Shown here piece after piece: positions 24,474 to 36,885 of a DNA stretch of 64,000 nt. The notes below the pieces were generated by a model. That model was given only the letters and a program-made list of their open reading frames with translations, had not been told where the DNA came from and did not search any database. Source of the stretch: Ruditapes philippinarum. Taxonomy: Eukaryota. Location: assembly GCF_026571515.1 (NCBI RefSeq), contig NW_026857983.1, positions 124,001 to 188,000 on the forward strand, written 5' to 3'. The number at the start of each line of letters is the position of its first letter. The stretch's first letter is position 1. Position numbers and translations under genes: made by a program.

Positions 24474-24656
24474 TATAAAAGCCATATGTGAATAAGCCAA
24501 AACAAAAACTTTCATCGACTTTCAAAACGTCCTTAACATGTTTCGAGGCAAATTGCATATCATGATATAACAAGAAAAAATATTGATGCAAAACACCAAT
24601 TTGAAAGAGCATCCAAGCAAGAAAGCAACAAATGGCGATGAACTAATAGACATCTG

Positions 24657-25541
24657 GACCGGGTTGTTCAAAACATTGGTTAAAATTAACCAATGGATAG
24701 CTTATCCACTGGCTAAATTCTTAACCAGCGGCCAGCTATCCAGTGGATAAAATTTCATTGTTCAATAGTTGGATAGTGTACTGGCTACCTAACCAGTGGA
24801 TAGCGTATTTATCCACTGGTTAAGTACCACAATGCAACAGGGCTGGTTAGTGATTCTGGAAACAAAATGGCCGATTTTTTAATGAATAATAAATTTATTA
24901 GAATCAGGAAGCTCCTAAAGAAATAATTTTGCATGTTTTGTGCTTTCTTGTTTTTGGAATTAAACATAAAGTATATCAGAGGCCTTAAAGTATTGATAGT
25001 TCTATTTTTCCCTTAGACACACAAAAGAAAAAATTCAAAAACAACTTTTTTTTCAAATTTTAAATTGAAATTACTTCCATTAGATGGGTAATGTTCTAAC
25101 TAAGAAAATGAGTACTGACACTTGTATATTTTATTACAGAATAAGAAAGTTATGACTGTTTAACTGAATTTTCTGAACTACAACAACAACAAATTTATAT
25201 TGAAAAAGGTTTCTAAAAGCACTTTTTCAGAAATGTTTCAATTTAATCCTATGGATTTCATATGGAATAATCTAGTTAATAAAAATAAACATATATTTGC
25301 AACCAAAATCTTGTTTTAAACAACTTTTAATGATTTTTACTGTTTTAATGATGATGACTAACCACTGGTTAAGGGCATTATCCGGTGGTTATAGGACTGG
25401 TTAAAGTTAACCACTGGATAACGCATTTTATCCGTTGGATAAGTTTTGAGCAACAGAATTTATCCAACAGACAAAATTTAACCAGCGGATAATGAATTTA
25501 ACCACTGGTTAACACTAACCAATGTTTTGAACAACCGGATC
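24657..25541. mobile_element. Harbinger-type MITE copy 1 (CTG TSD)
   Basis: TIR gaccgggttgttcaaaacattggtta / taaccaatgttttgaacaaccggatc, flanked by ctg...ctg, with many subterminal CCAGTGG/CCACTGG motifs. Empty site gacatctgatg at ~44700. Confidence 0.88.
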
Positions 25542-25562
25542 CTGATGAGCAGATATTCTTAA

Positions 25563-25917
25563 AGGGACTCCACTGAGGTTTTTTGACATGGTGGGACTGA
25601 AAATATGTTTTTCTAGATAAATGTACAATTTGATGTCGGTTTAGACCACTTATCTTTATGCAAAATTTCACATCATTCTCGCACTTCATTTTTCCAGAAC
25701 AATTATTAAAATTGTTAAAAATGACCCAAAATGAAAAGCGTTTAAACGCTTTTCACTCAAATCGGGCTAAGAAAAGCATAAAAATACAATTGTCAAATTA
25801 TTTTAAAGTATTTTTCTTAACTATCTTTGCATATATTTCTGTTTAAAGTACCCCAGCTCATTCATGTAAGAAATTTTAATGTTATGTTTTTAGGCTTTTA
25901 AACCTCATAGAGTCCCT
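25563..25917. mobile_element. Kolobok-type MITE copy 2 (TTAA TSD)
   Basis: TTAA|AGGGACTC...GAGTCCCT|TTAA, closely similar to 17273-17632; absent at ~44720. Confidence 0.88.
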
Positions 25918-26875
25918 TTAAGTTATAAATTTGTCAATGGTTAATTGGATTTTACCAGAATTATATATATCATAGATAAATGGGCGGACGAAAGACATTG
26001 TTCATCATGAACTTTGGTAGGCTTAACAAAAAATACAAGGATATGTGATAATTCGAGCATTTTTCGAACGAAAGTCGGCGCGACCCTGTGAAACATGTGA
26101 AAGTTGAGTAAATCCAGTAAAAGTCGTGTTTTATTCGTACATGCACGTGCTACTACCCAGTCTAACTCGTGCCAACTAATCCACAGGCACGGTTGGAGCT
26201 AAACACTAGTGCCAGTCAATCCGTGTATAAACCGAGTATACTGTATCCAACCGTGTTCTGTGTGAGACGGGCTTTAAGCACTTTCGGTTTATAAAGTATA
26301 TTAAAATATACAGTTTTCTTTTATTTCTATACATTTACTTAATTAACGTGGACTTAATCCCGATCAAAAGAAATAAACTTAGTCAACAATTCCAAGAATT
26401 TTAAATACTATTTGTGTTTTAATGTTTAGCTTAGATCGAAATACCATATCCCTTTTGTCTATTCATATCATAGTGTTCTGTCGCCTCCCAGAGCGAAAGT
26501 ACGACATAGTTTAGGTCCGACTCTCGTATTGATATCCACTCACATGAGAAATGGTCTCTAATCCTACCTAAAATTGTGTTTTCGTGCTAAAGAGGTTATT
26601 TTTCTAGGAGAATGAAATGCTTGACATATAAGAAAATGATCATGTTATATAGCGGTAGCAAAATATTGAAATACATGAAATATTTCATTTTCTTAAGAAA
26701 ACAATATAATGTTTGTTACAAATTAGTTTTCATACTTAAAAATATCCCCAATTCATCCAGCCAGTTCATGTCCCATTGAATCTTACGGTTTTTCCTGCAC
26801 TTTTTCAGTCAATCGCAGGCCATGTTACAATGCAATTAGTCAAGTCAGCCAATATAACCATGAATTAACTTCCTG

Positions 26876-27759
26876 GATCCGGTTGTTCAAAACATTGGTT
26901 AGTGTTAACCAGTGGTTAAATTCATTATTCGCTGGTTAAATTTTGTCTGTTGGATAAATTCTGTTGCTCAAAACTTATCCAATGGATAAAATGCGTTATC
27001 CAGTGGTTAACTTTAACCAGTCCTATAACCACCGGATAATGCCCTTAACCAGTGGTTAGATATCATCATTAAAACAGTAAAAATCATTAAAAGTTGTTTA
27101 AAACAAGATTTTGGTTGCAAATATATGTTTATTTTTATTAACTAGATTATTTCATATGAAATGCATAGGATTAAATTGAAACATTTCTGAAAAAGTGCTT
27201 TTAGAACCTTTTTCAATCTAAATTTGTTGTTGTTGTAGTTAAGAGAATTCAGTTCAACAGTCATAACTTTCTTATTCTTTAATAAAACATACAAGTGTCA
27301 GTACTCATTTTCTTAGTTAGAACATTACCCATCTAATGGAAGTAATTTCAATTCACAATTTGAAAAAAAAAAGTTTTTGATTTTTTTTCTTATCAGTGTC
27401 TAAGGAAAAAATAGATCTATCGATACTTTAAGGCCTTTGATATACTTTTTGTTTAATTCCAAAAACATGAAAGCACAAAACATGCAAAATTAAGTCTTTG
27501 GGAGCTTCCTGATTCTTATAAATTTATTATTCATCAATAAATCGGCCATTTTGTTTCCAGAATCACTAACCAGCCCTGTTGCATTGTGGTACTTTACCAG
27601 TGGATAAATATGCAATCCACTGGTTAGGTAGCCAGGGTACTATCCAACTGTCGAACAATGAAATTTTATCCACTGGATAGCTGGCCGCTGGTTAAGAATT
27701 TAACCAGTGGATAAGCTATCCATTGGTTTATTTTAACCAATGTTTTGAACAATGCGGTC
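26876..27759. mobile_element. Harbinger-type MITE copy 2, inverted relative to copy 1
   Basis: Reverse complement of 24657-25541, flanked by ctg...cag. Empty site acttcctggttaact at ~45761 and ~17754. Confidence 0.88.
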
Positions 27760-27897
27760 CAGGTTAACTTTATTACTCCGAAACTTTACTACTTGTCTAT
27801 TTATAGATCGAAATCATAATACATGTAATATTTTTCTTACCGTTTCATATCCAGTAGCATATTTTGCGTGTATAGTGTGATTAGTTTACTGATTGTA

Positions 27898-30800
27898 ATA
27901 AAATCAAACAATTCAATTAATGAAGATAAATCACAATTCACTTTTCATATAAACGTTTTTTTTAAGCTTTACATAGTTGTGTATCAATAAACTTTGTTGT
28001 TTCACTGGTTAGGGTCCATGTCATGCATGAATTTGCCGCTTTTATTTTTTCTGTCTGCGGTAAGAAAGTTTACAATGCTTTTATCGCAACAATAATAACG
28101 CATTTTGTTTATTTAATATATTCTTTGCATAACATCACAAATGAACTAACGCCGCAGGTTTCATCCTTATCAGTTGATAAATTTATAAAGGAAAATTCGG
28201 CGCCAGGTCGTAAGCAACGTGATGTATACAACTCATTTATAAGGATTTAACTCAATACAGGATTTGAGCAGTACCTCTAATCATGATCACAAAATAGACA
28301 AATTTGTTTGTTTTTTTTTTTCGCCGATTTTTACATGTTTCATTCATTTCCATACATAAATCAGTTTGAAAAGATGAATTAGACATTTTAAAGTTCATTC
28401 CGCTGGGTAAAAAGGCAAGAGTTTAGCATTTTATCATTTAAGCGCCTTGTCTGGTATTTACCGGAATACGGTATTTAGTGTGGTGTTCCAATCCTTTTTT
28501 TAGTCTCACTCCATTCATAAAGGCATTAAGTTGTGAATACGGCCCCAGAATATCGTATGGTTGGAGTTATCAAGCACTGATGTTAACATAATATAATCCA
28601 GTCTGAAACGTAAGTTTAAAATATTTAAAACTTAAAAAAATAATACTTGAATGATAAGGTGAAACACTTTTGTAGATCTATTATATCTTTATACATTAGC
28701 AACAATAATGTGGAAAATAGAACAGCGTTATACGAAAATCAACAGCGGTAACGATCTCCGCTTGAAAAATAATGTTAGTGATCTCTCTTATACCGAAATG
28801 ATATCAGTTTCAGCGGTGTATTTAACACCTGTCTTGTCGTTTCGATGCAAAATAATAACCACGGCCTTCGTGGTCAATCCCTATATACACATCAAACTCA
28901 AATGTTAAATAGCACATAATACACCGCTGAAAACGATATTATTTCTTAAATAACCTCCCATATTGTCCCTGTTTCTATTCGATGTCATACACTGTTAGTC
29001 GGTTATATGTGTCTGTTGTCGGTTGCGTATCTTGGTCTTTAAGGAATAAAAATCTGGAAACAAAGTGATCCCTCGGAAGCATTAATCACAACAAAATTAC
29101 TTAAGAATTGCAGACTCGGTTTGATTGAGTCTGTACATGAGGGATAATGAATAAGTGCAACATCCCTCACGCCCCCTAGCACCGGCTGAGCGGTACTCAA
29201 TTCTCAACACTTAATAGTGTGGGCATCAATTATCCGGAAGGACCAGAAAAATATAACAACACTGAAGTGAAGTACGGGGCAACTTTTTACAGCTGCCACA
29301 CAGCACTTGACACCTGCTGTTGTGAAGTAAAAAAATCTGGAAACAAAGTCATCCCTCGGAAGCATTAATCACAACAAAATTACTTAAGAATTGTAGACTC
29401 GGTTTGGTTGAGTCTGTACATGAGGGAAAATGAATAAGGGCAACATCCCTCACGCCCCCTAGCACCGGCTGAGCGGTACCATATATTATTTCCATATAAA
29501 CCTATATTATTTTCCATATGTGTGATACTGTCAAGGTTTTTTTTAATGTCATTGTTACCTTTACAATTTTGAGTATTTTTTTCTGTTGTTAAAATCTCCC
29601 CGAGCATCTCAACAATGATTCACCATGATCATCTACTTGTTACCATTTATCTTATGTTGAAACCCTCTTTACAATATCCAGGAATATGCCTTTCGAACAA
29701 ATACAGAAGTACCTCAAATACTGTTCAATCAAATCATGTTGAATACATTCAGAAAGTGTATAGGGAAAGTACCTTTAAGTTAGATATCCACTCAGTTTAA
29801 CAATTTATTACAAGATAATAAATTTTATCAGCGAAAGAATTTTGGTGTATTTATAGACTACATTTCATAACTTATCAAATTATTTTTTTTATCTGCACGT
29901 TTCATACTTAACCCCGTTAAGTTTGCGATAATGACATAACTTTTACAACATAACAATGTGAAAATTCGGCTTTCTTTGATAAAGAAAATGTGGGAAAATA
30001 TATTCCATACTTTGGATTGACATTAAAACAAATGATATTGATCTCATTAGATAATCATTGAATTGTAAAGGAATATTTCAAGAATGCCCTCTCGAGTTTG
30101 AAATTGACCGTAGTAGCCCTTAATTGTGTTTTGAACACGGGTACGGATTTTTTTGTTATCATATAATGCGTGTAGTTAAAAATAATAAATAACAAATTAT
30201 AATTTTTGGCCTTTTTGCACGCTGATATGCTCATTTATTACTGATTTACTATTGTATATGATTAGCCGTTAGTTATGGAGCTTATTTGATATTTTCTTAT
30301 AAATTTGGAAAAAATTCCACTCATGACATGAAAATATTGATAGAATTGGCAATATCATATATATTTCATAATTTACAAGGACAGAATGTAACGCCATCTT
30401 ACATTCCAAAGGCATACGTACAAACTGGTTTCCACAAAGCCTACTTATGCAATATGCTGAAACATACATCACTCTATTTTCATTCTAGAAAACATTACTT
30501 ACTGTCCTTATTCCACAACCGTCTTTGAAATAATATCCTTTCAATTACCAGTCACTGGCGACAATTAGAGTTAGACAAAATGGCTCTAAATGAATCGAAC
30601 ATTTGTCTCCCGTTGAGAACACTTGTCATACGATCTGTTTAAGATGATAGTCACCAGTGTCCAGACGGACTTAAGGAGGTCAACGAAACAGAAGAAACAA
30701 TATTATGTTGTGGATCTATGAGCATTGTCCCCAATAAAGTTTCCGCCAAGGTACATAAACAACATCATAACTATCTGACATGATAAAGTATTCTTTAATT

Positions 30801-31837
30801 CAAATGTAATGCATTTAAACAGCTTTAGATATGACATAGAATTTATGTTTTAATTTTATTTGCAGATTATTACAGACGAGTATGATGACGATGCTTTTCC
30901 TCGTAAGTTATAGTATTCTTACCTACCTACAGTACATGTACTACTTGTTTAAAACAAACAGTAACTAATAATGATCTATTTTATTCATCAATTTGAAAGT
31001 TTTAAGCATTCAAACAATTTTGAAAATAAAACAAAATTTCATTTGATAATTAATCTGTAGAACTTCATTTATAGCATTGTATAAGATCATTATATTATCC
31101 TCTTTCGGAGAGAACTAAACCGAATTGCCGCTATTTATTATTAATTATGATTATTGTAGGAAACTAAATATTCATTGTTTTATATTTCATGTAGAATATC
31201 CATCACTTGATATTACGGTATGTAACTGTTCTGAAAATAAGACTGTTCCCTGGAAGCAAATCTTGTAGGTATTTCGGGTGATAATCAACAAGGTAATCTA
31301 TGATAATTAATTGATTTATTGTCAATTATGTAAGTCACATGTAAAATTAATTTGTAGTCAATTATGATATGATAATATCCTTTCAGATTTTAAGACATAT
31401 TTAATGAAATTGTAAGATTGTGAGCTTGTGATTTGAAAACTCACTTAAGTAAATTAATATTAACGTTTAGATTTTGTAAATTTTAAATTAATCCTTTCAT
31501 TGTTATTTGGCTTGAAATATGGATTATTTATGAAAGAGCTGTTGAATGAAAAACTATTTTTGCACTGAATCATGACAAATTATTTAAAAGATTGTTTGCA
31601 GTGAACCTAATTGAATACTCTAACATTGAACAGATGACTGCATATTCCACTATTCTACATGTCATTTTTGTGTAGATCAAATGAGGTTGTATACCAATCG
31701 TATTCGTGTCCTAACCTAAGATATGTTACAGACGATGGAACAATACACATAGAAACGAGTGGGTATTTCTACATTTCATCACAACTCAAGTCAAAACACT
31801 ACAGTATAAATGGCACAGCAGATGTTTCGGGCGCCAG
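27898..31837 (+). pseudogene. TNF-superfamily ligand copy C, 3'-truncated pseudogene (exon relics ~27898-27948, 30489-30750, 30866-30902, 31195-31292, 31676-31837)
   Basis: ATG changed to ATA and exon-1 donor lost; frameshifts and TAA (30639-30641) in exon 2; exon 4 is 98 nt instead of 99; exon 5 has deletions and breaks off after tcgggcgcca. Confidence 0.9.
29051..29480. repeat. Insertion made of two ~146-bp direct repeats around a ~137-bp spacer (also at ~48825-49253)
   Basis: aatctggaaacaaagt...ctagcaccggctgagcggtac occurs at 29051 and 29334; absent from B intron 1 (~18845). Confidence 0.85.
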
Positions 31838-32151
31838 TCATTGATCACGTAAGTAATAAACAGTGTTGAGTTTAACTAAATAGATTAATAAAGAGTAACG
31901 TTTTTTGTTTAGATTGATAAAACGTAGACGATGAATGTTAGAATAATGATAATCTATATGTAAAGATTTAAACTGATAGTTATCAGGAAAGCGAATTTGA
32001 GTTGTCACTTGGTAAGATCTGCTCTTGCGTTAAACAGTTATTTTATTTGACAGTATTTTTCCTCATTGCTGGTGCTATATATAGATTCATTGCTGTTAGA
32101 AGTTTTCAAGCTCTCATACAATTTAATGTATGTCGGACAGTGAACTTTAAA

Positions 32152-34421
32152 ATGGAATCAAACAATTCAATTATGAAAGAACGATCACGCTTAACATATC
32201 AGGTAGAGTTCATTTTTGTGTCTTTTTTCTTAAAAGTCTTAAAAGGTTTGATCATGTTTTCAATTTTTAACGAATATTAGTCGTAATAATCTGACATTAA
32301 AAAAAAGAATCTTGTTTTTGATTTTTATGTATTTAATGAACATCCCAGAAAGGATTTTTGCTCTTCTATGAGTTAATTGACGTCATATCTAGTGTTTAAA
32401 AGTGTATGTCAATGGACTTTTCTTTAAATGGTCAAATTTAAATTTTAAAGCAAAAAACATCCTATCTCAGGACATGAAAATATACAAAGATCTATCAATA
32501 ACATAATTAATTAGTACAGAATGTAATGCTTTGCTGACTCAAAAATCAAAGCCTACTCTCAAAACCGTACAAAATGGTTTCGACCTATGCAATATATACT
32601 AAAACATCCCTCTATTTTCATTCCAGAAAACATTACTGATTGTCCTTATATCCGCAACTGTTGTTGAACTGATAACCTTGTTGGCACTTGCCGGTCACTG
32701 GCGACAATTAAGGTCGGATATAATGGCTCCAAGGGAATTCAACATCTGCCTCCCGTTGCGGACACTTATCATAGAATCTGGTGAAGAAGAAAGTCACCAG
32801 TGTCCAGACGGACTTAAGGAAAAGGTCAACGAAACAGAAGAAACAAAATTATGTTGTGGATCTATGAGCATTATCCTCAATAACGTTTCCGCCAAGGTAC
32901 TTAAACAACATCATTTCTATTGGACATGATTAAGTATTATTTTATATATATGTACTACATTTTCAACAGCATTAGATATATCATAGACTTTGTATCTTTC
33001 TCTTATTTTCAGATTGTTAAAGAAAAGTATGATGACGATGCTTTTCCTGGTAAGTTATACTATACTTACCTACAGTACATGCACTAATTTGTTTGATAGT
33101 AGATACAAACAGTATCTAATAATGATTTCTTTTTTATATATACTGATTTTGATACTGATCTTGATCTATTGATTTTTACCATATGTGTGATACTGTTAAT
33201 TTTGTTTTTAAATATGTCGTTGTAACATTGGCATTTTTATGCGATTTTGCCTGTCGTTAAAATATCCCCCTTCATCTATACAATGATGCTTTATATATAT
33301 ATAACTATTTAAAAAAAGAAACAAAATTTTATTTGATAATAAATAATTATGTAAAATCTTATTCCAATCATTGTATGAGCCCATTATTTTATCCCCTTGT
33401 GGAGAGAAGTAAATCGAACTACCGCTGGTGTACTAATTAATTTGCTTAATGTAGAAAAACTAAATATTTAATGTTGAATAATTTATGTAGAATATCCATC
33501 ACTTGATATGACGGCATTAAACTGTTCCGAAAAGAAGACTGTACCGCCGGAAGCCAATCTGATTGGTATTTTGGGTGTTAATCAACAAGGTAATCTATGA
33601 ACATTTATGATTTATTGTTAATAATATGAGGCACACACAAAATTAATTTATAGTCAATAATGATATGATAATATCCTTTCAGATTTTAAAACATATTTAT
33701 CAAAATTGTAAGATGTTTGGCTTGTGATCTGAAAACTCACTAAAGTAAACTAAAATTAAGGTTTAAATTTTTTAAATTTAAAATAAATCAGTTTTTATTG
33801 AATAAAATAAAATGGGTTCCTGGAAATATGGATAATTAACGAAAGTGCTATTGAATGAAAAAGTATTTTTGCGCTCAATCATGGCAAATCATTTTTAAAG
33901 ATTGTTCGCAGTCATGTCTCGCCTGATACTAATTAGATACTCTAACATTGAACAGATGAACGCATATTCCACTTATTTTGTAAGTTTATTTTATCATTTA
34001 TTTTTTAGATCAAACGAACGATTGTTCGAGATTGTTTTGGAATAGCACCTATCCATCGTTTTCTTGTCCTATGCTAAGATATCTGACAGACGAGGGAACA
34101 CTAAACATCGAAACGAGTGGGTATTTCTACATTTCATCACAACTCAAGTCAAAACACTCAACCATAAATGGCACAGCAGGTGTTTCGGGCGCCAATTTTA
34201 AACATTTCATTTACAGAATATCAGAAGATAGGAAAGAGCAAGTTCTGTTAGAAGGAGAAAAATCATTTTGTAAAGTTGCTTCAGACAGTTTTGAATGTAC
34301 AAGTTTCATCGGTGCTGTTTTCAAACTTGAGACCGGAGACCAGCTATATGTAACCACCTCTCATCCAGGCAGTCTTGTTCCCGAGTCTAAAGATAATTAC
34401 TTTAGCATTTATAGTGTGTAA
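32152..34421 (+). CDS. TNF-superfamily ligand copy D, intact, 289 aa (exons 32152-32202, 32627-32896, 33013-33049, 33491-33589, 34009-34421)
   Basis: In-phase GT-AG junctions (870 nt); TM TLLIVLISATVVELITLLALAG; complete TNF homology domain. Confidence 0.93.
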
Positions 34422-35080
34422 TGTACACATATATTTCCATAAAAATTCAAAAGAAAAGATGAGCGCATTTATGTAATTTGGCGGTATATTCCAATTATGT
34501 TTATTATGAGGAACTAACTGAATTTTTATCTACTAAACTAAAGCTATATGACGAAATAAGTAAAGTAACGTTCAGAGGAACGCATCCTGCTGACAATGGG
34601 CATAGTTTGGCTTTAATGGGCAACAAGGAAAGGAAATGACAAACATGAAAACAAAGGAATCACTTTAAGCATGCTTATACCTGAAATCATAAATATAAAA
34701 AGAATGTTGCTAGTTTAATTAATAACTACTCTCATAATTATAAAACATTGCCGAAGACATCGTCTTTTGAATTGTTATGTAGCGGCAAACATTTAGCCAA
34801 AAATGATCTCGTATTTTAATGCAGATATTTTATATAAAAATCATTTTGTGTGAACATATGTTATAATATGCTTTGTGAAATTCATACCTTTATCACCATG
34901 GTCATATATTTTGTAAGTTTTGGTTTTGAAAAGAAAAAGAAAGAAAAAACACCTTGCATGTAAGTGAAATTTAGTTGTAGAGCAGGAAAATAAGAGAATG
35001 TTTCAGATGTGAATGAAAGCATAATGGCTTACTTGTGTCACTTATTTAGATGCTTCTCATTAAAACATATCTAACGACGG

Positions 35081-35703
35081 TTTTATTATGCCCCCATTCG
35101 AAGAATATGGGGTATATTGTTTTGTTAATGTTGGTCGGTCGGTCTTTGTCGGTAGACCGCATGGATTCCGCTGATTATCTTTTAAATATTTATAACACAG
35201 TTTCCATATTTCATAAATTGATTAGTGATATGTAGTAGATGACCCCTATAGATTTTGGGGTTCAAATGTCAAGGTCACATGGGTATTGAATGCCAGAATG
35301 GTTTCAGCTCATTATCTTGAAAACTATTTATCACTTAGTCTTTCACTTTTTGGCTGGCTATAACTAGTAGATGACCCCTTTCGATTTAGGGTCTTTAGGT
35401 CAAAGGACAAGGTCACAGGACCTTATATACAGAATGCATTCCACTCATTATCTTCTAAACTACTTGTTATCTAGTTTTTGTTCCGTATAAAATTGACAAT
35501 CACTAGTTGATGACCCATATTGATTTTGAGGTCACTAGGTCAAAGGTCAAGGTCACAATAACATTTAATGTTAAAATGGTAAAGGAAGATGCTCATAGTT
35601 ACATAATATGATAATGTATATTTTATTCCAACAAAATTACCAATGGCATGTGTCAAGGGCTAGAAAGGGAGGGGACATATATGCCGTTCGACATTTCCTG
35701 TTT
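35081..35703 (+). mobile_element. HINE/pearl-like element with ~3 tandem 130-140-bp core repeats
   Basis: ttttattatgccccc 5' end, ggtc microsatellite, repeated tagatgacccc...ggtcaaaggtcaaggtcac, and ggggacatat...cctgttt 3' end. Confidence 0.8.
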
Positions 35704-36509
35704 ATCAAAAGGCACAAAAATGTACTTTTTAATAGTTATACGTAATACTTTTAGGTTGCAGTTATTTGAAACTTTACAAGGCTCTTAAAAGTAATAAGGT
35801 TATTTTGTGAGACGTAAACGGATAAAAGGATCCGTTTCATTTTATAAAACGTGAAGATATCATTTGCTAAGATCATTACCTGAAACTAAGAAAGAATTTT
35901 CCTGTTTGTAATCCAATATGAAATGAAACTCCTTTGTATGTAACCAACCTTTTTTTTTGGGTGGGGGGATTCGTTAATACGTGATTAATCACGTTATTTG
36001 AATTCAATCAAATAACAGTTAACAATCCTACGGTATTTTGGTACGATATGTATCGTACATTTACGTACATTTACAGTTCCTTTTGTGTAACCATATCAGA
36101 TTGGATATGATGAATTTTAAAATTGTTTGTTTAAACAATTAAAACCACAATTACCCGTGTTTAATGAACGTCAAAACTTTAGTTACATGGTAGTAATGAT
36201 GAAAGAAAGATACGCTATGTTTTGCATATGATTTAAATGGCATAAAGCAACCTACTATCATTTTTGGCGAACTTTCATTAGCCTTTAACCATGTGGATTA
36301 AAACGAAACGAAACAAATAGATAAGATAGGGTTTCAAAAAAATGATTTAAAGTGAAAACAATGGAGTAGTGATATAACATGGAATTTTATGACGGCCAAA
36401 ATTGATATGCGATCAGGCTGGATAACGCTTTACGATTTATGTTTGAAAATCACATAGCACAAACGCTTTAAGTTATTAGTTACATCTTATAGGTGTGAAA
36501 TAATTGCTT

Positions 36510-36885
36510 GTATCATAGCTGTGAACCTTTCTGTTGCAAATGTGTCCGAGTTAAATCGTATACATATACTTGCACCGTGCGTGAACTGGAGTGCAGGTAT
36601 TAGTTACCCGCACTCCAGAGCATGCCCATTGATTGGCTCATTTTTGCTGGGGTTTACTTATTGTGTCGGCAGAGAAAGTGAAAGCAACAGACATATCATA
36701 TTTAGATGCTTGTTCATTGGTTACTTTTCTCCGGGGTTTCATATTGTGACACAGGGAACGTGTTTTCTATGTTTGACTATGATACAAAAGAGAAAGAACA
36801 TCAAAACACTTGGCAATCTGATTAATACTCGGGGGCCACGCTCCCTCTTACAAATCAGATGGCCTCGTGTTTCGATGCTCTTTCT
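36510..36885. mobile_element. Unclassified ~375-bp insertion with an internal hairpin
   Basis: Absent at the paralogous site ~23225; flanked by attgctt/attactt; contains ctggagtgcaggta-ttagt-tacccgcactccag. Confidence 0.65.

Larger units (their letters stand above)
21000..30340 (+). repeat. Segmental duplication block 1 (B last exon to C intron 1), paralogous to ~34010-50135
   Basis: Collinear high identity once insertions are removed, e.g. 22400-23366 vs 35703-37027, 23503-24656 vs 43791-44705, 27763-30330 vs 45769-50135. Confidence 0.92.
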
